In this document: positions 18,305-28,600 of the stretch, piece after piece | Layout: each line of letters starts with the position of its first letter | Position numbering within the stretch: position 1 is the stretch's first letter | NCBI GenBank assembly: GCA_044373325.1 | Contig: JBILQJ010000013.1 | Coordinates: 1-42,405 of the forward strand | Length of the DNA stretch: 42,405 nucleotides | Direction: 5' to 3' | Source of the DNA: Burkholderiales bacterium | GTDB taxonomy: Bacteria > Pseudomonadota > Gammaproteobacteria > Burkholderiales > JBILQJ01 | The notes under the pieces: generated by a model | The model's input: the letters and a program-made list of their open reading frames with translations, nothing else | Told to the model about the DNA's origin: nothing | The model's database searches: none | Position numbers and translations under genes: made by a program

Positions 18305-19291
18305 ATGAGTTTATTAAATATAAAGAACCTTTCGGTTCAGTTTGGGTCAAAAAGCAACCCTTTTAAAGCCGTTGATGGCTTAGATTTGAGCGTGGCGCAA
18401 GGCGAAGTGGTTGGGATAGTCGGGGAATCGGGTTCGGGTAAATCGGTGACCATGATGGCCATGATGGGCTTGCTCGATGGGCAAGGCCGCATTTTGGCTG
18501 ATGAAATGCGGTTTGATGGCAAAGATTTGCAAGCACTAAGCGCCAAAGAACGCCGCAAAATCATGGGCAAAGACATTGCCATGATTTTTCAAGATCCCAT
18601 GACCAGTTTAAACCCCAGTTTTACGGTGGGCTATCAAATTGAAGAAGTCTTGAAATTGCATCAAGGTTTGCGCGGAGCGGCTTTAAAAAAACGCTTGTTA
18701 GAATTGATGAATCAAGTGGAAATTCCAGCGCCCGAATCGCGTTTGTCGGCGTATCCGCATCAATTGTCGGGCGGCATGAGCCAGCGGGTGGCCATCGCCA
18801 TGGCCATTGCGTGCCAACCTAAATTATTGATAGCGGACGAGCCAACCACGGCTTTGGACGTGACGATACAAGCCCAAATCATGAGCTTGTTGGTGAATTT
18901 GCAAAAAGAAAACAACATGAGTTTAATTATGATTACTCATGATTTGGCGGTGGTGGCCGAAGTGGCGCAGCGCTTGGTGGTCATGTATGCAGGGCAACAA
19001 GTCGAAATGGGCAACGTGCCTGATATTTTCCGCAAGCCCGCCCATCCTTATACCGAAGCTTTGTTGGCTTCTATTCCCGAACGCAGCAAAGGGGCGCACC
19101 GCTTAAGCACCTTGCCGGGCATTGTGCCGGGGTTGTACGACAGACCAAAAGGTTGTTTGTTGTCACCCCGTTGTCCGCACGTACAAGCCCAATGCCACGA
19201 AAAAGTGCCAGCTTTTGAATCATATGGACAAAGTTCGGCGCGGTGTTTTTATCCTTTGAATCTTGATGTTAATCAGAAAGTGAGCGCCTAA
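18305..19291 (+). CDS. dppD: dipeptide ABC transporter ATP-binding protein DppD
   Basis: Start moved to MSLLNIKNL (SD GGAG, 6 nt before the ATG). Walker A GESGSGKS, signature LSGGMSQRV, and the oligopeptide C-terminal domain. Confidence 0.92.
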   Translation: MSLLNIKNLSVQFGSKSNPFKAVDGLDLSVAQGEVVGIVGESGSGKSVTMMAMMGLLDGQGRILADEMRFDGKDLQALSAKERRKIMGKDIAMIFQDPMTSLNPSFTVGYQIEEVLKLHQGLRGAALKKRLLELMNQVEIPAPESRLSAYPHQLSGGMSQRVAIAMAIACQPKLLIADEPTTALDVTIQAQIMSLLVNLQKENNMSLIMITHDLAVVAEVAQRLVVMYAGQQVEMGNVPDIFRKPAHPYTEALLASIPERSKGAHRLSTLPGIVPGLYDRPKGCLLSPRCPHVQAQCHEKVPAFESYGQSSARCFYPLNLDVNQKVSA

Positions 19292-19292
19292 T

Positions 19293-20261
19293 ATGCCCCA
19301 TCCAACGTTAGTCATGGAAGTGGAGAATCTGGCTCGCCATTATGAGATTTCTACGGGCTGGTTTAAACCCAAAGCAACGGTTAAAGCGTTAAATGGCGTT
19401 TCTTTTAAGTTGGCCGCAGGCAAAACTTTGGCGGTGGTGGGCGAATCGGGTTGCGGTAAATCGACCTTGGCGCGTCAACTCACGCTCATCGAATCGCCTT
19501 CGTCAGGCAGCATAGTGCTAGACGGCGTGCCCGTCAACACCGCTACGGCGGCAGAAATCAAAGCCATGCGCAGCAAAGTACAAATGGTATTTCAAAATCC
19601 TTACGGTTCTTTGAATCCACGCCAAAAAATCGGCGATCAATTGGCTGAACCTTTGTTGATGAACACGCCTTTGACTGCGCCAGAAAGAAAAGCGCGCGTG
19701 TTGGAGATGATGAAAATTGTTGGCCTGCGTGCCGAGCATTATCATCGCTATCCGCATATGTTTTCGGGCGGTCAACGTCAACGCATCGCCATTGCGCGCG
19801 CCATGATGTTGCACCCTAAAATTGTGATTGCGGACGAACCGACCAGTGCGCTGGACGTTTCCATACAAGCGCAAGTGTTGAATCTTTTCATGGATTTGCA
19901 GCAAGAATTAAAAACGGCGTATGTTTTTATTTCGCACAATTTATCGGTGGTTGAACACGTGGCCGATGAGGTGATGGTGATGTATTTGGGGCAAGTGGTT
20001 GAAATGGCGACTAAAACCGATTTGTTCGCAAACCCCAAACACCCGTACACAAAAGTGTTGTTGTCGGCGACGCCTTCTTTGTTTGAAGAAGATCGCAAAA
20101 TCAACATCGCCATCAAGGGCGAATTGCCCAGCCCATTGAATCCGCCGTCGGGTTGCGCGTTTCACAAACGTTGCCCTTACGCCGTGGCGCGTTGCCAAAC
20201 TGAAACGCCCGTCTTGCGCGAATTAGACGGGCATCAAGTCGCTTGTTTCGAGGCAAAATAA
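19293..20261 (+). CDS. dppF: dipeptide ABC transporter ATP-binding protein DppF
   Basis: 322 aa; GESGCGKST, FSGGQRQRIAIARA and YVFISHNLSVVEHVADEVMVMYLG are near-identical to E. coli DppF. The ATG lies 1 nt after the dppD stop. Confidence 0.93.
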   Translation: MPHPTLVMEVENLARHYEISTGWFKPKATVKALNGVSFKLAAGKTLAVVGESGCGKSTLARQLTLIESPSSGSIVLDGVPVNTATAAEIKAMRSKVQMVFQNPYGSLNPRQKIGDQLAEPLLMNTPLTAPERKARVLEMMKIVGLRAEHYHRYPHMFSGGQRQRIAIARAMMLHPKIVIADEPTSALDVSIQAQVLNLFMDLQQELKTAYVFISHNLSVVEHVADEVMVMYLGQVVEMATKTDLFANPKHPYTKVLLSATPSLFEEDRKINIAIKGELPSPLNPPSGCAFHKRCPYAVARCQTETPVLRELDGHQVACFEAK

Positions 20262-20290
20262 GCGGGGCTTGCCTTCCTGATACAAACTCC

Positions 20291-20340
20291 TTGCGGCCAA
20301 CCTTTTTCCCTATTTTTTGGGGTAAAAGGTTGGCCGCAAG
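20291..20340. repeat. palindromic element copy 10
   Basis: TTGCGGCCAACCTTTTTCCCTATTTTTTGGGGTAAAAGGTTGGCCGCAAG. Confidence 0.95.
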
Positions 20341-20370
20341 GGATTTTTTGAACCGAAATAAAAGCGCCTG

Positions 20371-20928
20371 TTATGGTGCGGTGTTTTTCTTGACTTCTAC
20401 CGCTTTGATTTTGTAAGAAGAAAGCCCTGTTCCCGTGGCCACTTGGGTGCTGCTTTTTTCTACTGTCATTTGGCCAGATACCCAAACCGTGTCCATGGCG
20501 TTGAGGTCTTTGATGGGTGTGGCGGCGGTGACGTAAATGATTTGATTTGATGGTGGTGGCGGTGTGTGGATGCAGGCGCCATAAAAAGGCACTAACAAAA
20601 ATTGCGTGACGTCTTTGCCTTTAAATTCGACAGGCACAACATAACCCGAAATTTTAAGGGCTTTGCCATTGAGCTCGGGGTTGATGGGCGCGTTAGACCA
20701 AGCTTTTTTCAAGTCGTCTAAAGCAGCTTGGGCGCGTGGGTCGTTGTCTTTCATGGTGGAATAATCAATGTCTTTGAACGCTTTGGTTGGGTCCCAATCT
20801 TTGGGCATTAATTTATCCCAATTGACAACGGGGTAAGTCGGTGCGGCATAAATGGGTGAACTCACCGCGCCTAGCGTGAGGCAAAGGAGTCCGACTAAAA
20901 AAAAATAAGAGCGAGAAAAGTAACTCAT
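20371..20928 (-). CDS. DUF3299-family secreted/lipoprotein
   Basis: 185 aa; signal peptide MSYFSRSYFFLVGLLCLTLGAVSSPIYA; the FYGACIHTPPPPSNQ motif characteristic of DUF3299; SD AAGGA. Confidence 0.7.
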   Translation of the reverse strand: MSYFSRSYFFLVGLLCLTLGAVSSPIYAAPTYPVVNWDKLMPKDWDPTKAFKDIDYSTMKDNDPRAQAALDDLKKAWSNAPINPELNGKALKISGYVVPVEFKGKDVTQFLLVPFYGACIHTPPPPSNQIIYVTAATPIKDLNAMDTVWVSGQMTVEKSSTQVATGTGLSSYKIKAVEVKKNTAP

Positions 20929-20966
20929 GTGTTGTCCTTTTTAAAAGTTGAGTGAAAAAGTTGAAT

Positions 20967-21164
20967 TTAGAGTAACCAAGAGACTAAAAACTCTTTAAAA
21001 ACATAACCCGTCACGCCCAGCCCTAAGGCCAAAAACATGATGGCTGTGCCGATTTTACCCGCTTGAGATTGTTTGGCCAGTTGCCAAATAATAAAACCCA
21101 TAATGAGGATTAAACCTGCCGGCAAAATGGTGAGTGATAAGTTAGAAAATTCGGCTTCTGTCAT
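20967..21164 (-). CDS. small two-TM membrane protein (65 aa)
   Basis: Good SD (CAAGGACA-5nt-ATG); two hydrophobic helices; co-oriented with the DUF3299 gene and 38 bp upstream of it. Confidence 0.55.
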   Translation of the reverse strand: MTEAEFSNLSLTILPAGLILIMGFIIWQLAKQSQAGKIGTAIMFLALGLGVTGYVFKEFLVSWLL

Positions 21165-21294
21165 GCTGCTGTCCTTGTTTTAGGGGAAGATGGCTGTATT
21201 TTAGCGCATTTTTTTGCGGGTGGCGTTGTCCAGTTGATATTTTGGGTTTGGATGTTAGGATAATTCACGACAAAAAAGCCATTTTGTGGTGTAA

Positions 21295-22629
<1,335 letters not shown>

Positions 22630-22646
22630 TTGTGATTGATTAAACC

Positions 22647-22693
22647 TTGCGGCCAACCTTTTAACCTAAAAAATAGGAAAAGGTTGGCCGCAA
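22647..22693. repeat. palindromic element copy 11
   Basis: TTGCGGCCAACCTTTTAACCTAAAAAATAGGAAAAGGTTGGCCGCAA, 18 bp after the eno stop. Confidence 0.95.
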
Positions 22694-22836
22694 ATATGGT
22701 GTAAGCCCTCAATTTATTTTGCTGACTCATCTTCACTTAAACTAAAGTCTATTAGTGAATTTCAATCAAAAAGCAATTGAAATTTGTTTTTAAAAAAATA
22801 TTAACAAACAAATGCTTGCTCTTTAATTTACTTTTC

Positions 22837-22864
22837 TTGACATGGGGGGGTAAGCAAATAAAAT
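22837..22864 (+). promoter_or_regulatory. near-consensus sigma70 promoter upstream of waaC
   Basis: TTGACA (22837-22842), 16-nt spacer, TAAAAT (22859-22864). Confidence 0.5.
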
Positions 22865-22922
22865 TCGATCGGTTATGAATGATTTCAAGGCCACTTATTT
22901 ATATTTTAAAAGGATATACCCG

Positions 22923-23987
22923 ATGCGTTTTTTGAGGCTGTTGGAGTCCATATTTTTCCGTTCTAAGGGTATGTCTGCTTGTTCGACTGGCGAAATTAAT
23001 AGTATTTTAATTGTCAAACTGACTGCCTTAGGCGATCAGTTATTTGCCATGGCCATGATAGCGGATTTAAAAAAACGTTGGCCGCAGGCTCACATAGATT
23101 GGGTTGTGGACTCTCAATTTCAGGCCATCCCGGCATTAAGCCCCGATTTGCGCTTTATCCATGCTGTGCCTTTAAAGTCTTACGCAAAATCTTGGTACAA
23201 ACTCAGTACTTGGGATGCGTTGTGGCAATTTATTCAACGCTTACGCCAGCAACGTTACGATTTATGCATTGATGCGCAAGGCTTATGGAAAAGCAGTTTA
23301 ATCACCGCTTTTAGCCGACATCAATCTTGCGTTGGCTTCGTGGCAGACGCTTGTGGAGAAAGCCCTGCGGCGTGGTTTTACGATAGACATTTTGCCCCGA
23401 AAATCCATCAACATGGCGCTGAACGGTTACGGGCGCTGGCGGCATTTGCGGCCGATACCAACACAAATGAAGCAATAAGTTTTCATGTTGTGCCACCTCA
23501 TCTGGATACTAAAAAGGTTTTGTTAGATACTGGCGGTCGGCCTATCGCCATCTTGTTGGTGTCAGCATCAAAGCCACACAAATTATGGACAAATGCCCAT
23601 TGGGCTGCGCTCGCCCAAGCCTTAAATCAAGCAGGTTATGTGTGCTATGTGTCATGGGGTAACCCTGAAGAACGGTTAAATGCCACCGAAATTATTGAAG
23701 CGGTTGGCCACGAGCGTACTCGATTATTACCGTATACGGCACTCAATGATTGGCCTGCCTTATTGAGTCTAAGCGCCTTGGTTATTGGCGTTGATACAGG
23801 TTTGTTGCATTTGGCCAACGTCATGCGCATCCCTTGCGTGGGCTTGTTTATTAATGAGACTTCCACTTTATTTCCTTTTAGTTGGGCTTTGAGTATCGAG
23901 CGCAAGGTTGTGTCAAACAACGATGAGCCTATGCCAAATGAAGTGTTTGAACGCTTAAAAAATTTACCGTTAGCTCACAAGGTGTGA
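22923..23987 (+). CDS. waaC: ADP-heptose:LPS heptosyltransferase I (GT9)
   Basis: Aligns with E. coli WaaC/RfaC (LIVKLTALGD, IDWVVDSQF, DAQGLWKS, HGAERLRAL, GVDTGLLHLA). Start uncertain: 22875, 22923 or 22971. 22923 is chosen because it has AAGGA-7nt-ATG and lies downstream of the predicted promoter. Confidence 0.8.
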   Translation: MRFLRLLESIFFRSKGMSACSTGEINSILIVKLTALGDQLFAMAMIADLKKRWPQAHIDWVVDSQFQAIPALSPDLRFIHAVPLKSYAKSWYKLSTWDALWQFIQRLRQQRYDLCIDAQGLWKSSLITAFSRHQSCVGFVADACGESPAAWFYDRHFAPKIHQHGAERLRALAAFAADTNTNEAISFHVVPPHLDTKKVLLDTGGRPIAILLVSASKPHKLWTNAHWAALAQALNQAGYVCYVSWGNPEERLNATEIIEAVGHERTRLLPYTALNDWPALLSLSALVIGVDTGLLHLANVMRIPCVGLFINETSTLFPFSWALSIERKVVSNNDEPMPNEVFERLKNLPLAHKV

Positions 23988-24036
23988 TGCTTGTTGTTTG
24001 GCTTTTGTCATTGATTAGAATCTCGTTATTCATCAT

Positions 24037-24086
24037 CTGCGGCCAACCTTTTCCCTGTTTTTTTTGGGTAAAAGGTTGGCCGCAAG
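24037..24086. repeat. palindromic element copy 12 (same sub-family as copy 10)
   Basis: CTGCGGCCAACCTTTTCCCTGTTTTTTTTGGGTAAAAGGTTGGCCGCAAG. Confidence 0.95.
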
Positions 24087-24107
24087 TTTTTTGCAAGGTT
24101 TTTGTTG

Positions 24108-24950
24108 TTATTCGGCGTAACCCACGGCAGGCGGTTGGGCATCAAATTTTGTTTGTTCGTCTTGATTGAATAGCGATAGCCAGATGAAATAAATCACCAA
24201 ATTAGAAGCCAAAATGAGCAGAATTGCCATTAAAGGTGCTAAAAACGGGACAGCGGCGAAAAAGAGAGCCAAAAATGAAATCCCCCAATAAATCACGAGG
24301 CAAAACAAACAAGCGCCCAAATGATTAAAAACCGTGCGCCCCACAATTTTGTAAGCTTCAAACAGCGGCACATTTTGTAACACCATCAGCGCAACGACCA
24401 AACTGTACACAAAAAAATGCACCGTATATAAGAAAAATACACACAGAAAAATGACGCTAGCCACTAAAATTAAGTGCGTCATAGGCTGACTTAATGCGGC
24501 AGGGTCGGGTGGATTGCCTGTTTGTTCGACTTGTTGAAAGAGTTGTTTGATTTGCGTGAGATTTTCAGCAGACAGATCCGCGCCGCTTAGCATAAATGCG
24601 GTAACAGCAAAGAAAGCCAACACGATAAAGAAACCAAAATACACCCCAGCCGAAGCCAATAAGCGATTGCGGTACGTGGCTGAAAAAGATGAGAAAAAAT
24701 CGGTCGAAGGTAGCGTTGAGCCATGACTGACCGCGCGTGCGGCCAAAAGAAAACTTGCCACGATAAAAGGCGTTAACAGCTGAGTGATGAGGCCACCAAC
24801 AAAAACATTCATACTTTGAAAAATCAAGTGCAGCAAAAAATCGAACAAACCAAAAAAAAGCCATAAACGCGGTTGCAAGCGAAATAAAGCGTAAGCTTGG
24901 CGGTACCAATTCAGGGCGATTTTGGCGCTGGAGGGCGAGGAACTTTGCAT
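24108..24950 (-). CDS. hypothetical polytopic inner-membrane protein
   Basis: 280 aa, about six predicted TM helices; I recognise no catalytic motif. Confidence 0.5.
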   Translation of the reverse strand: MQSSSPSSAKIALNWYRQAYALFRLQPRLWLFFGLFDFLLHLIFQSMNVFVGGLITQLLTPFIVASFLLAARAVSHGSTLPSTDFFSSFSATYRNRLLASAGVYFGFFIVLAFFAVTAFMLSGADLSAENLTQIKQLFQQVEQTGNPPDPAALSQPMTHLILVASVIFLCVFFLYTVHFFVYSLVVALMVLQNVPLFEAYKIVGRTVFNHLGACLFCLVIYWGISFLALFFAAVPFLAPLMAILLILASNLVIYFIWLSLFNQDEQTKFDAQPPAVGYAE

Positions 24951-24989
24951 AAAAAACTCCGTTTTTGAGTCAGGGGGTTACGGTTTCAA

Positions 24990-25025
24990 AAGGGTTGCGC
25001 TTCAATGGTTTGAGGCGCAACCCTT
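24990..25025 (-). terminator. putative terminator downstream of kdsA
   Basis: AAGGGTTGCGC-[14 nt]-GCGCAACCCTT; on the minus strand it is followed by CTTTTG; 28 bp past the kdsA stop. Confidence 0.45.
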
Positions 25026-25052
25026 GGTTTAAAAAATGGTTAACGACGTGGA

Positions 25053-25904
25053 TTATAAACTGTCTTCCGCACGAGGCTGGCTTTTGACCAAAGCATCGAG
25101 CGCTATGAGTGTGCGCAATAAATCTTCCATTTTATCCAAAGGCCAAGCGTTAGGGCCGTCTGATAAAGCCAAAGCTGGGTTAGGGTGGGTTTCCATAAAA
25201 ATGCCCGAGATGCCAACAGCTACCGCCGCGCGTGCCAATACGGGCACAAATTCGCGTTGACCACCCGAGCTGGTGCCTTGCCCACCGGGCAATTGCACCG
25301 AATGCGTGGCATCAAAGACCACGGGGTGACCCGTTTCGCGCATGATGGACAAGCCGCGCATATCAGAGACTAAGTTGTTGTACCCAAAACTCGCACCCCG
25401 TTCGCACGCCATAAAATTGTCGGTGGGTAAACTCACTTCAGCGGCGGCATCACGGGCTTTTTGCATGACGTGTACCATGTCGTGCGGTGCTAAAAATTGG
25501 CCTTTTTTGATGTTGACGGGCTTGCCACTTTGGGCAACCGCGCGGATGAAATCGGTTTGGCGGCATAAAAAAGCAGGCGTTTGCAACACATCGACCACTG
25601 CTGCGACTTCGGCGACTTGAAAAGCTTCATGTATGTCGGTTAACACGGGGACGCCAATTTGGCTTTTGACTTTGGCCAAAATATCCAAGCCGACTTGCAT
25701 GCCACAACCTCGGGCGGTTGAGCCTGAAGATCGATTGGCTTTGTCAAAGCTGGACTTGTAAATAAAAGGAATGTTGAGACGGTCTGTCATTTCTTTGAGT
25801 GCGCCTGCGGTGTCGATGGCAAATTGTTCGCCTTCTATGGCGCAAGGGCCAGCAATTAAAAACAAAGGGTGATTTAAGCCTGCTGAAAAATGAGCGAGTT
25901 TCAT
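25053..25904 (-). CDS. kdsA: 3-deoxy-8-phosphooctulonate (KDO8P) synthase
   Basis: 283 aa; [51 protein letters not shown] and ETHPNP match E. coli KdsA. Confidence 0.95.
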   Translation of the reverse strand: MKLAHFSAGLNHPLFLIAGPCAIEGEQFAIDTAGALKEMTDRLNIPFIYKSSFDKANRSSGSTARGCGMQVGLDILAKVKSQIGVPVLTDIHEAFQVAEVAAVVDVLQTPAFLCRQTDFIRAVAQSGKPVNIKKGQFLAPHDMVHVMQKARDAAAEVSLPTDNFMACERGASFGYNNLVSDMRGLSIMRETGHPVVFDATHSVQLPGGQGTSSGGQREFVPVLARAAVAVGISGIFMETHPNPALALSDGPNAWPLDKMEDLLRTLIALDALVKSQPRAEDSL

Positions 25905-25955
25905 AATAAAATCCTTATATGAGATGAAAGTAAGAGTTGCAACGAAGTATTGTTG

Positions 25956-26009
25956 TTGCGGCCAACCTTTTTCTAAAATTCAGTGAAAAATTCGAGTTTT
26001 GGTGGCTGT
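25956..26009. repeat. palindromic element copy 13 (right arm decayed by insertion)
   Basis: TTGCGGCCAACCTTTTTCTAAAATTCAGTGAAAAA-ttcgagtttt-GGTGGCTGTG; spacer of the copy 3/4 sub-family. Confidence 0.6.
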
Positions 26010-26040
26010 GATATGATGCTTATAAAAGAGAGGGCGATAA

Positions 26041-26943
26041 ATGAACAACAAGACAAATCAGAACGATACCATAGACTGGTTTATAGACCAATTATTGTTG
26101 TACGATAATTTGTCGAATAATACTTTACAGGCGTATCGGCGGGATTTGGCGAAATTGGCCGATCAGTTGGCCGAATTGGGTGTCCCGCTGGCATTGGCGA
26201 GCGATGAAGACCTTGCGACTGTTTTTTTGGATGCTGCCGCCAATGCCAGCATCAAACCAGCCAGTTTGGCGCGGTTGATGTCGGTTGCAAAGCGGTTTTA
26301 TTTGCAGTTGGTGACCATGGAACGCCGCGCAGACAACCCAACGCGTTTTTTAAAATCGCCCAAACAAGGTTTGCGCTTGCCTCATTTTTTTTCGGAACGC
26401 GATGTGGATTTGCTGCTGAGTGCGCCCGATGTCGAAACGCGTTATGGTTTGCGAGACAAAGCCATGTTAGAAACCTTGTATGCCACGGGGCTACGGGTGT
26501 CGGAAATGGCCAGTTTGACTTTGTCTCAATTGGATTTGGTGAGGGGCGTGATTTTAACCACAGGCAAAGGCAATAAAGAGCGCATGGTGCCGTTAGGAGA
26601 AGTGGCGCAAGGGTGGTTAGAACGCTACTTAAGCACCGCAAGGCCAGATTTTTTGAAAGGGCGTTTGTGTGATTTTGTGTTTGTTTCGCAAAAAAAACAA
26701 GGCATCTCCCGTCAATTGGCTTGGATAGCGATTGATTTTTACGCCAAAAATCTGAACTTGCCTCATTTTAGCCCGCATGCTTTGCGGCATGCGTTTGCAA
26801 CGCATTTGGTGAATCGGGGTGCCGATTTGCGTTCGGTGCAGCTTCTGTTGGGACATGAAGACATTTCCACCACTGAGATTTATACCCACGTGGCCGACAT
26901 TCGCTTACAAACCCTTTTAAACACGCATCACCCAAGGGGTTAA
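26041..26943 (+). CDS. xerD: site-specific tyrosine recombinase XerD
   Basis: 300 aa; LRDKAMLETLYATGLRVSEM, GKGNKERMVPLG, HALRHAFATHL, LLGHEDISTTEIYTHV; closest to E. coli XerD. Confidence 0.9.
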   Translation: MNNKTNQNDTIDWFIDQLLLYDNLSNNTLQAYRRDLAKLADQLAELGVPLALASDEDLATVFLDAAANASIKPASLARLMSVAKRFYLQLVTMERRADNPTRFLKSPKQGLRLPHFFSERDVDLLLSAPDVETRYGLRDKAMLETLYATGLRVSEMASLTLSQLDLVRGVILTTGKGNKERMVPLGEVAQGWLERYLSTARPDFLKGRLCDFVFVSQKKQGISRQLAWIAIDFYAKNLNLPHFSPHALRHAFATHLVNRGADLRSVQLLLGHEDISTTEIYTHVADIRLQTLLNTHHPRG

Positions 26944-26947
26944 ATTT

Positions 26948-27886
26948 TTAGGGCGTTGAGTTGAGTCCCAGCCAATCTTTGACGGGCAAAAAGTCGGTAT
27001 ACAAACGGGACTCTGGCGAGTTCTCTTCTATGCGAGCCATGTATTCCCAGCGCACCAAAGGCGGCATAGACATGAGGATGGATTCGGTGCGCCCACCCGA
27101 TTGCAAGCCAAATAAAGTGCCTCGATCAAACACCAAGTTAAACTCAACATAGCGCCCTCTGCGGTAAAGTTGAAATTGACGCTCTTCCTCTGTCCAAGCT
27201 TGATGTTTTCGGGCTTGAACGATGGGCAAATAGGCCTCAATAAATCCATTGCCAACGGCCTGCATAAAGGCAAAATTTTGTGGATAATCGCCATTTAAAT
27301 CATCAAAAAACAAACCACCAACGCCCCGCGCTTCTTGACGATGCTTTAAATAGAAATACTCATCACACCAAGCCTTATATTTTGGGTAAACGTCTGCGCC
27401 AAAAGGGCGGCACAAATCAAAAGCCGTTTGATGCCAATGCACCACATCAGCTTCTACCCCGTAAAATGGGGTTAAGTCAAAGCCACCGCCAAACCACCAA
27501 ATGGGCGGAGAACCAGCTTGTGTGGCCATAAAAAAACGCACATTGGCATGGCTGGTTGGCACGTGCGGATTTTTGGGGTGAATAACCAGCGACACGCCAA
27601 CGGCCTCCCAATTGCGGCCAGCCAATTCGGGGCGATGCGCTGTGGCTGATGCGGGCAAGGTTGCGCCTTTGACGTGCGAATAATTGACTCCTGCGGATTC
27701 AAAAACCGCCCCATTTTTGAGTACGCACGACAAGCCACCGCCGCCTTCTTCCCTGCGCCAGCTTTCTTCTTGAAATGTGCCTAGGCCATCTATCTTGGTC
27801 AATGCCGCGCAAATGCGTTGTTGTAAATCGAGTAAAAAAGCTTGAATCTCGTTGATGTCAGGTTGCGGTGTCAGCGTTGTGTTCAC
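26948..27886 (-). CDS. hemF: oxygen-dependent coproporphyrinogen-III oxidase
   Basis: Strong identity to E. coli HemF ([64 protein letters not shown]). Start reassigned to GTG at 27884-27886, preceded by CCAAGGAGAACCCC. The track ORF to 27979 is an SD-less extension with no internal ATG. Confidence 0.85.
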   Translation of the reverse strand: MNTTLTPQPDINEIQAFLLDLQQRICAALTKIDGLGTFQEESWRREEGGGGLSCVLKNGAVFESAGVNYSHVKGATLPASATAHRPELAGRNWEAVGVSLVIHPKNPHVPTSHANVRFFMATQAGSPPIWWFGGGFDLTPFYGVEADVVHWHQTAFDLCRPFGADVYPKYKAWCDEYFYLKHRQEARGVGGLFFDDLNGDYPQNFAFMQAVGNGFIEAYLPIVQARKHQAWTEEERQFQLYRRGRYVEFNLVFDRGTLFGLQSGGRTESILMSMPPLVRWEYMARIEENSPESRLYTDFLPVKDWLGLNSTP

Positions 27887-28172
27887 GGGGTTCTCCTTGG
27901 CGTGGTTGAAGATAAAAGGCGGTTCAGTTTTTGGAATGCCATCGCTAGGCAATTCAAATAGGCTTGAATTATGCCACATTTCCCCCGAATGTTCGGCGCG
28001 GCAATTCTCGGACGAGATCTACCGCGAGCCTGATTTCAACGTCGCCTGCTAAACCCCCTTTTAAAGATAAAAACAAAAGACTGTTTGTCTATTTGACTTT
28101 TTTTTAGTACAATGGCGCTCGTTTGTCGTATTTTAACCAACAACCAATCAAAACACATTAAAGGATAATTAA

Positions 28173-28409
28173 ATGGATAACCTCGAAGCTCGCGTTAAAA
28201 AAATTGTTGCAGAACAACTGGGTGTCAACGAAGCTGAAGTCAGCTTGACTTCTTCTTTTGTTGATGATTTAGGCGCAGACTCTTTAGACACCGTTGAGCT
28301 TGTTATGGCTTTAGAAGAAGAGTTCGGCTGTGAAATCCCTGATGAAGATGCTGAAAAAATCACCAGCGTACAGCAAGCCATTGATTATGTGACGGCCAAC
28401 TTGAAATAA
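28173..28409 (+). CDS. acpP: acyl carrier protein
   Basis: 78 aa; [22 protein letters not shown] with the phosphopantetheine-attachment Ser. Confidence 0.97.
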   Translation: MDNLEARVKKIVAEQLGVNEAEVSLTSSFVDDLGADSLDTVELVMALEEEFGCEIPDEDAEKITSVQQAIDYVTANLK

Positions 28410-28425
28410 GCATTCCGTTTTAATC

Positions 28426-28485
28426 TAAAAAGGTTAAATTGAGTTGTCTTAGCATTTGCTAACCCAACCAATTTAACCTTTTTTG
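28426..28485 (+). terminator. partial terminator/attenuator between acpP and fabF
   Basis: AAAAAGGTTAAATTG-[27 nt]-CAATTTAACCTTTTTT; 12-bp perfect stem followed by T6. Confidence 0.5.
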
Positions 28486-28600
28486 CTATGTTATTTTTTT
28501 GCGTTTATAATCGCACAACCGTTACGTGATTCGTTGCGTAATTACGAGTGCTTATGGTTTATTGTGCAATGTCTTATTACTTATATGATAGGAGTTTTAA

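Noticed and set aside
23071-23098. AAAAACGTTGGCCGCAGG inside waaC (encodes KRWPQA) resembling the right arm of the palindrome
   Set aside because: It is a single half-site with a mismatch, in frame within a conserved GT9 region. It is probably chance similarity or an ancient embedded remnant; there is no partner arm.
28093-28113. TTGACT...TACAAT upstream of acpP as a sigma70 promoter
   Set aside because: The spacer is only 9 nt, too short for a functional -35/-10 pair. The real promoter is probably a different hexamer combination that I cannot resolve by eye.
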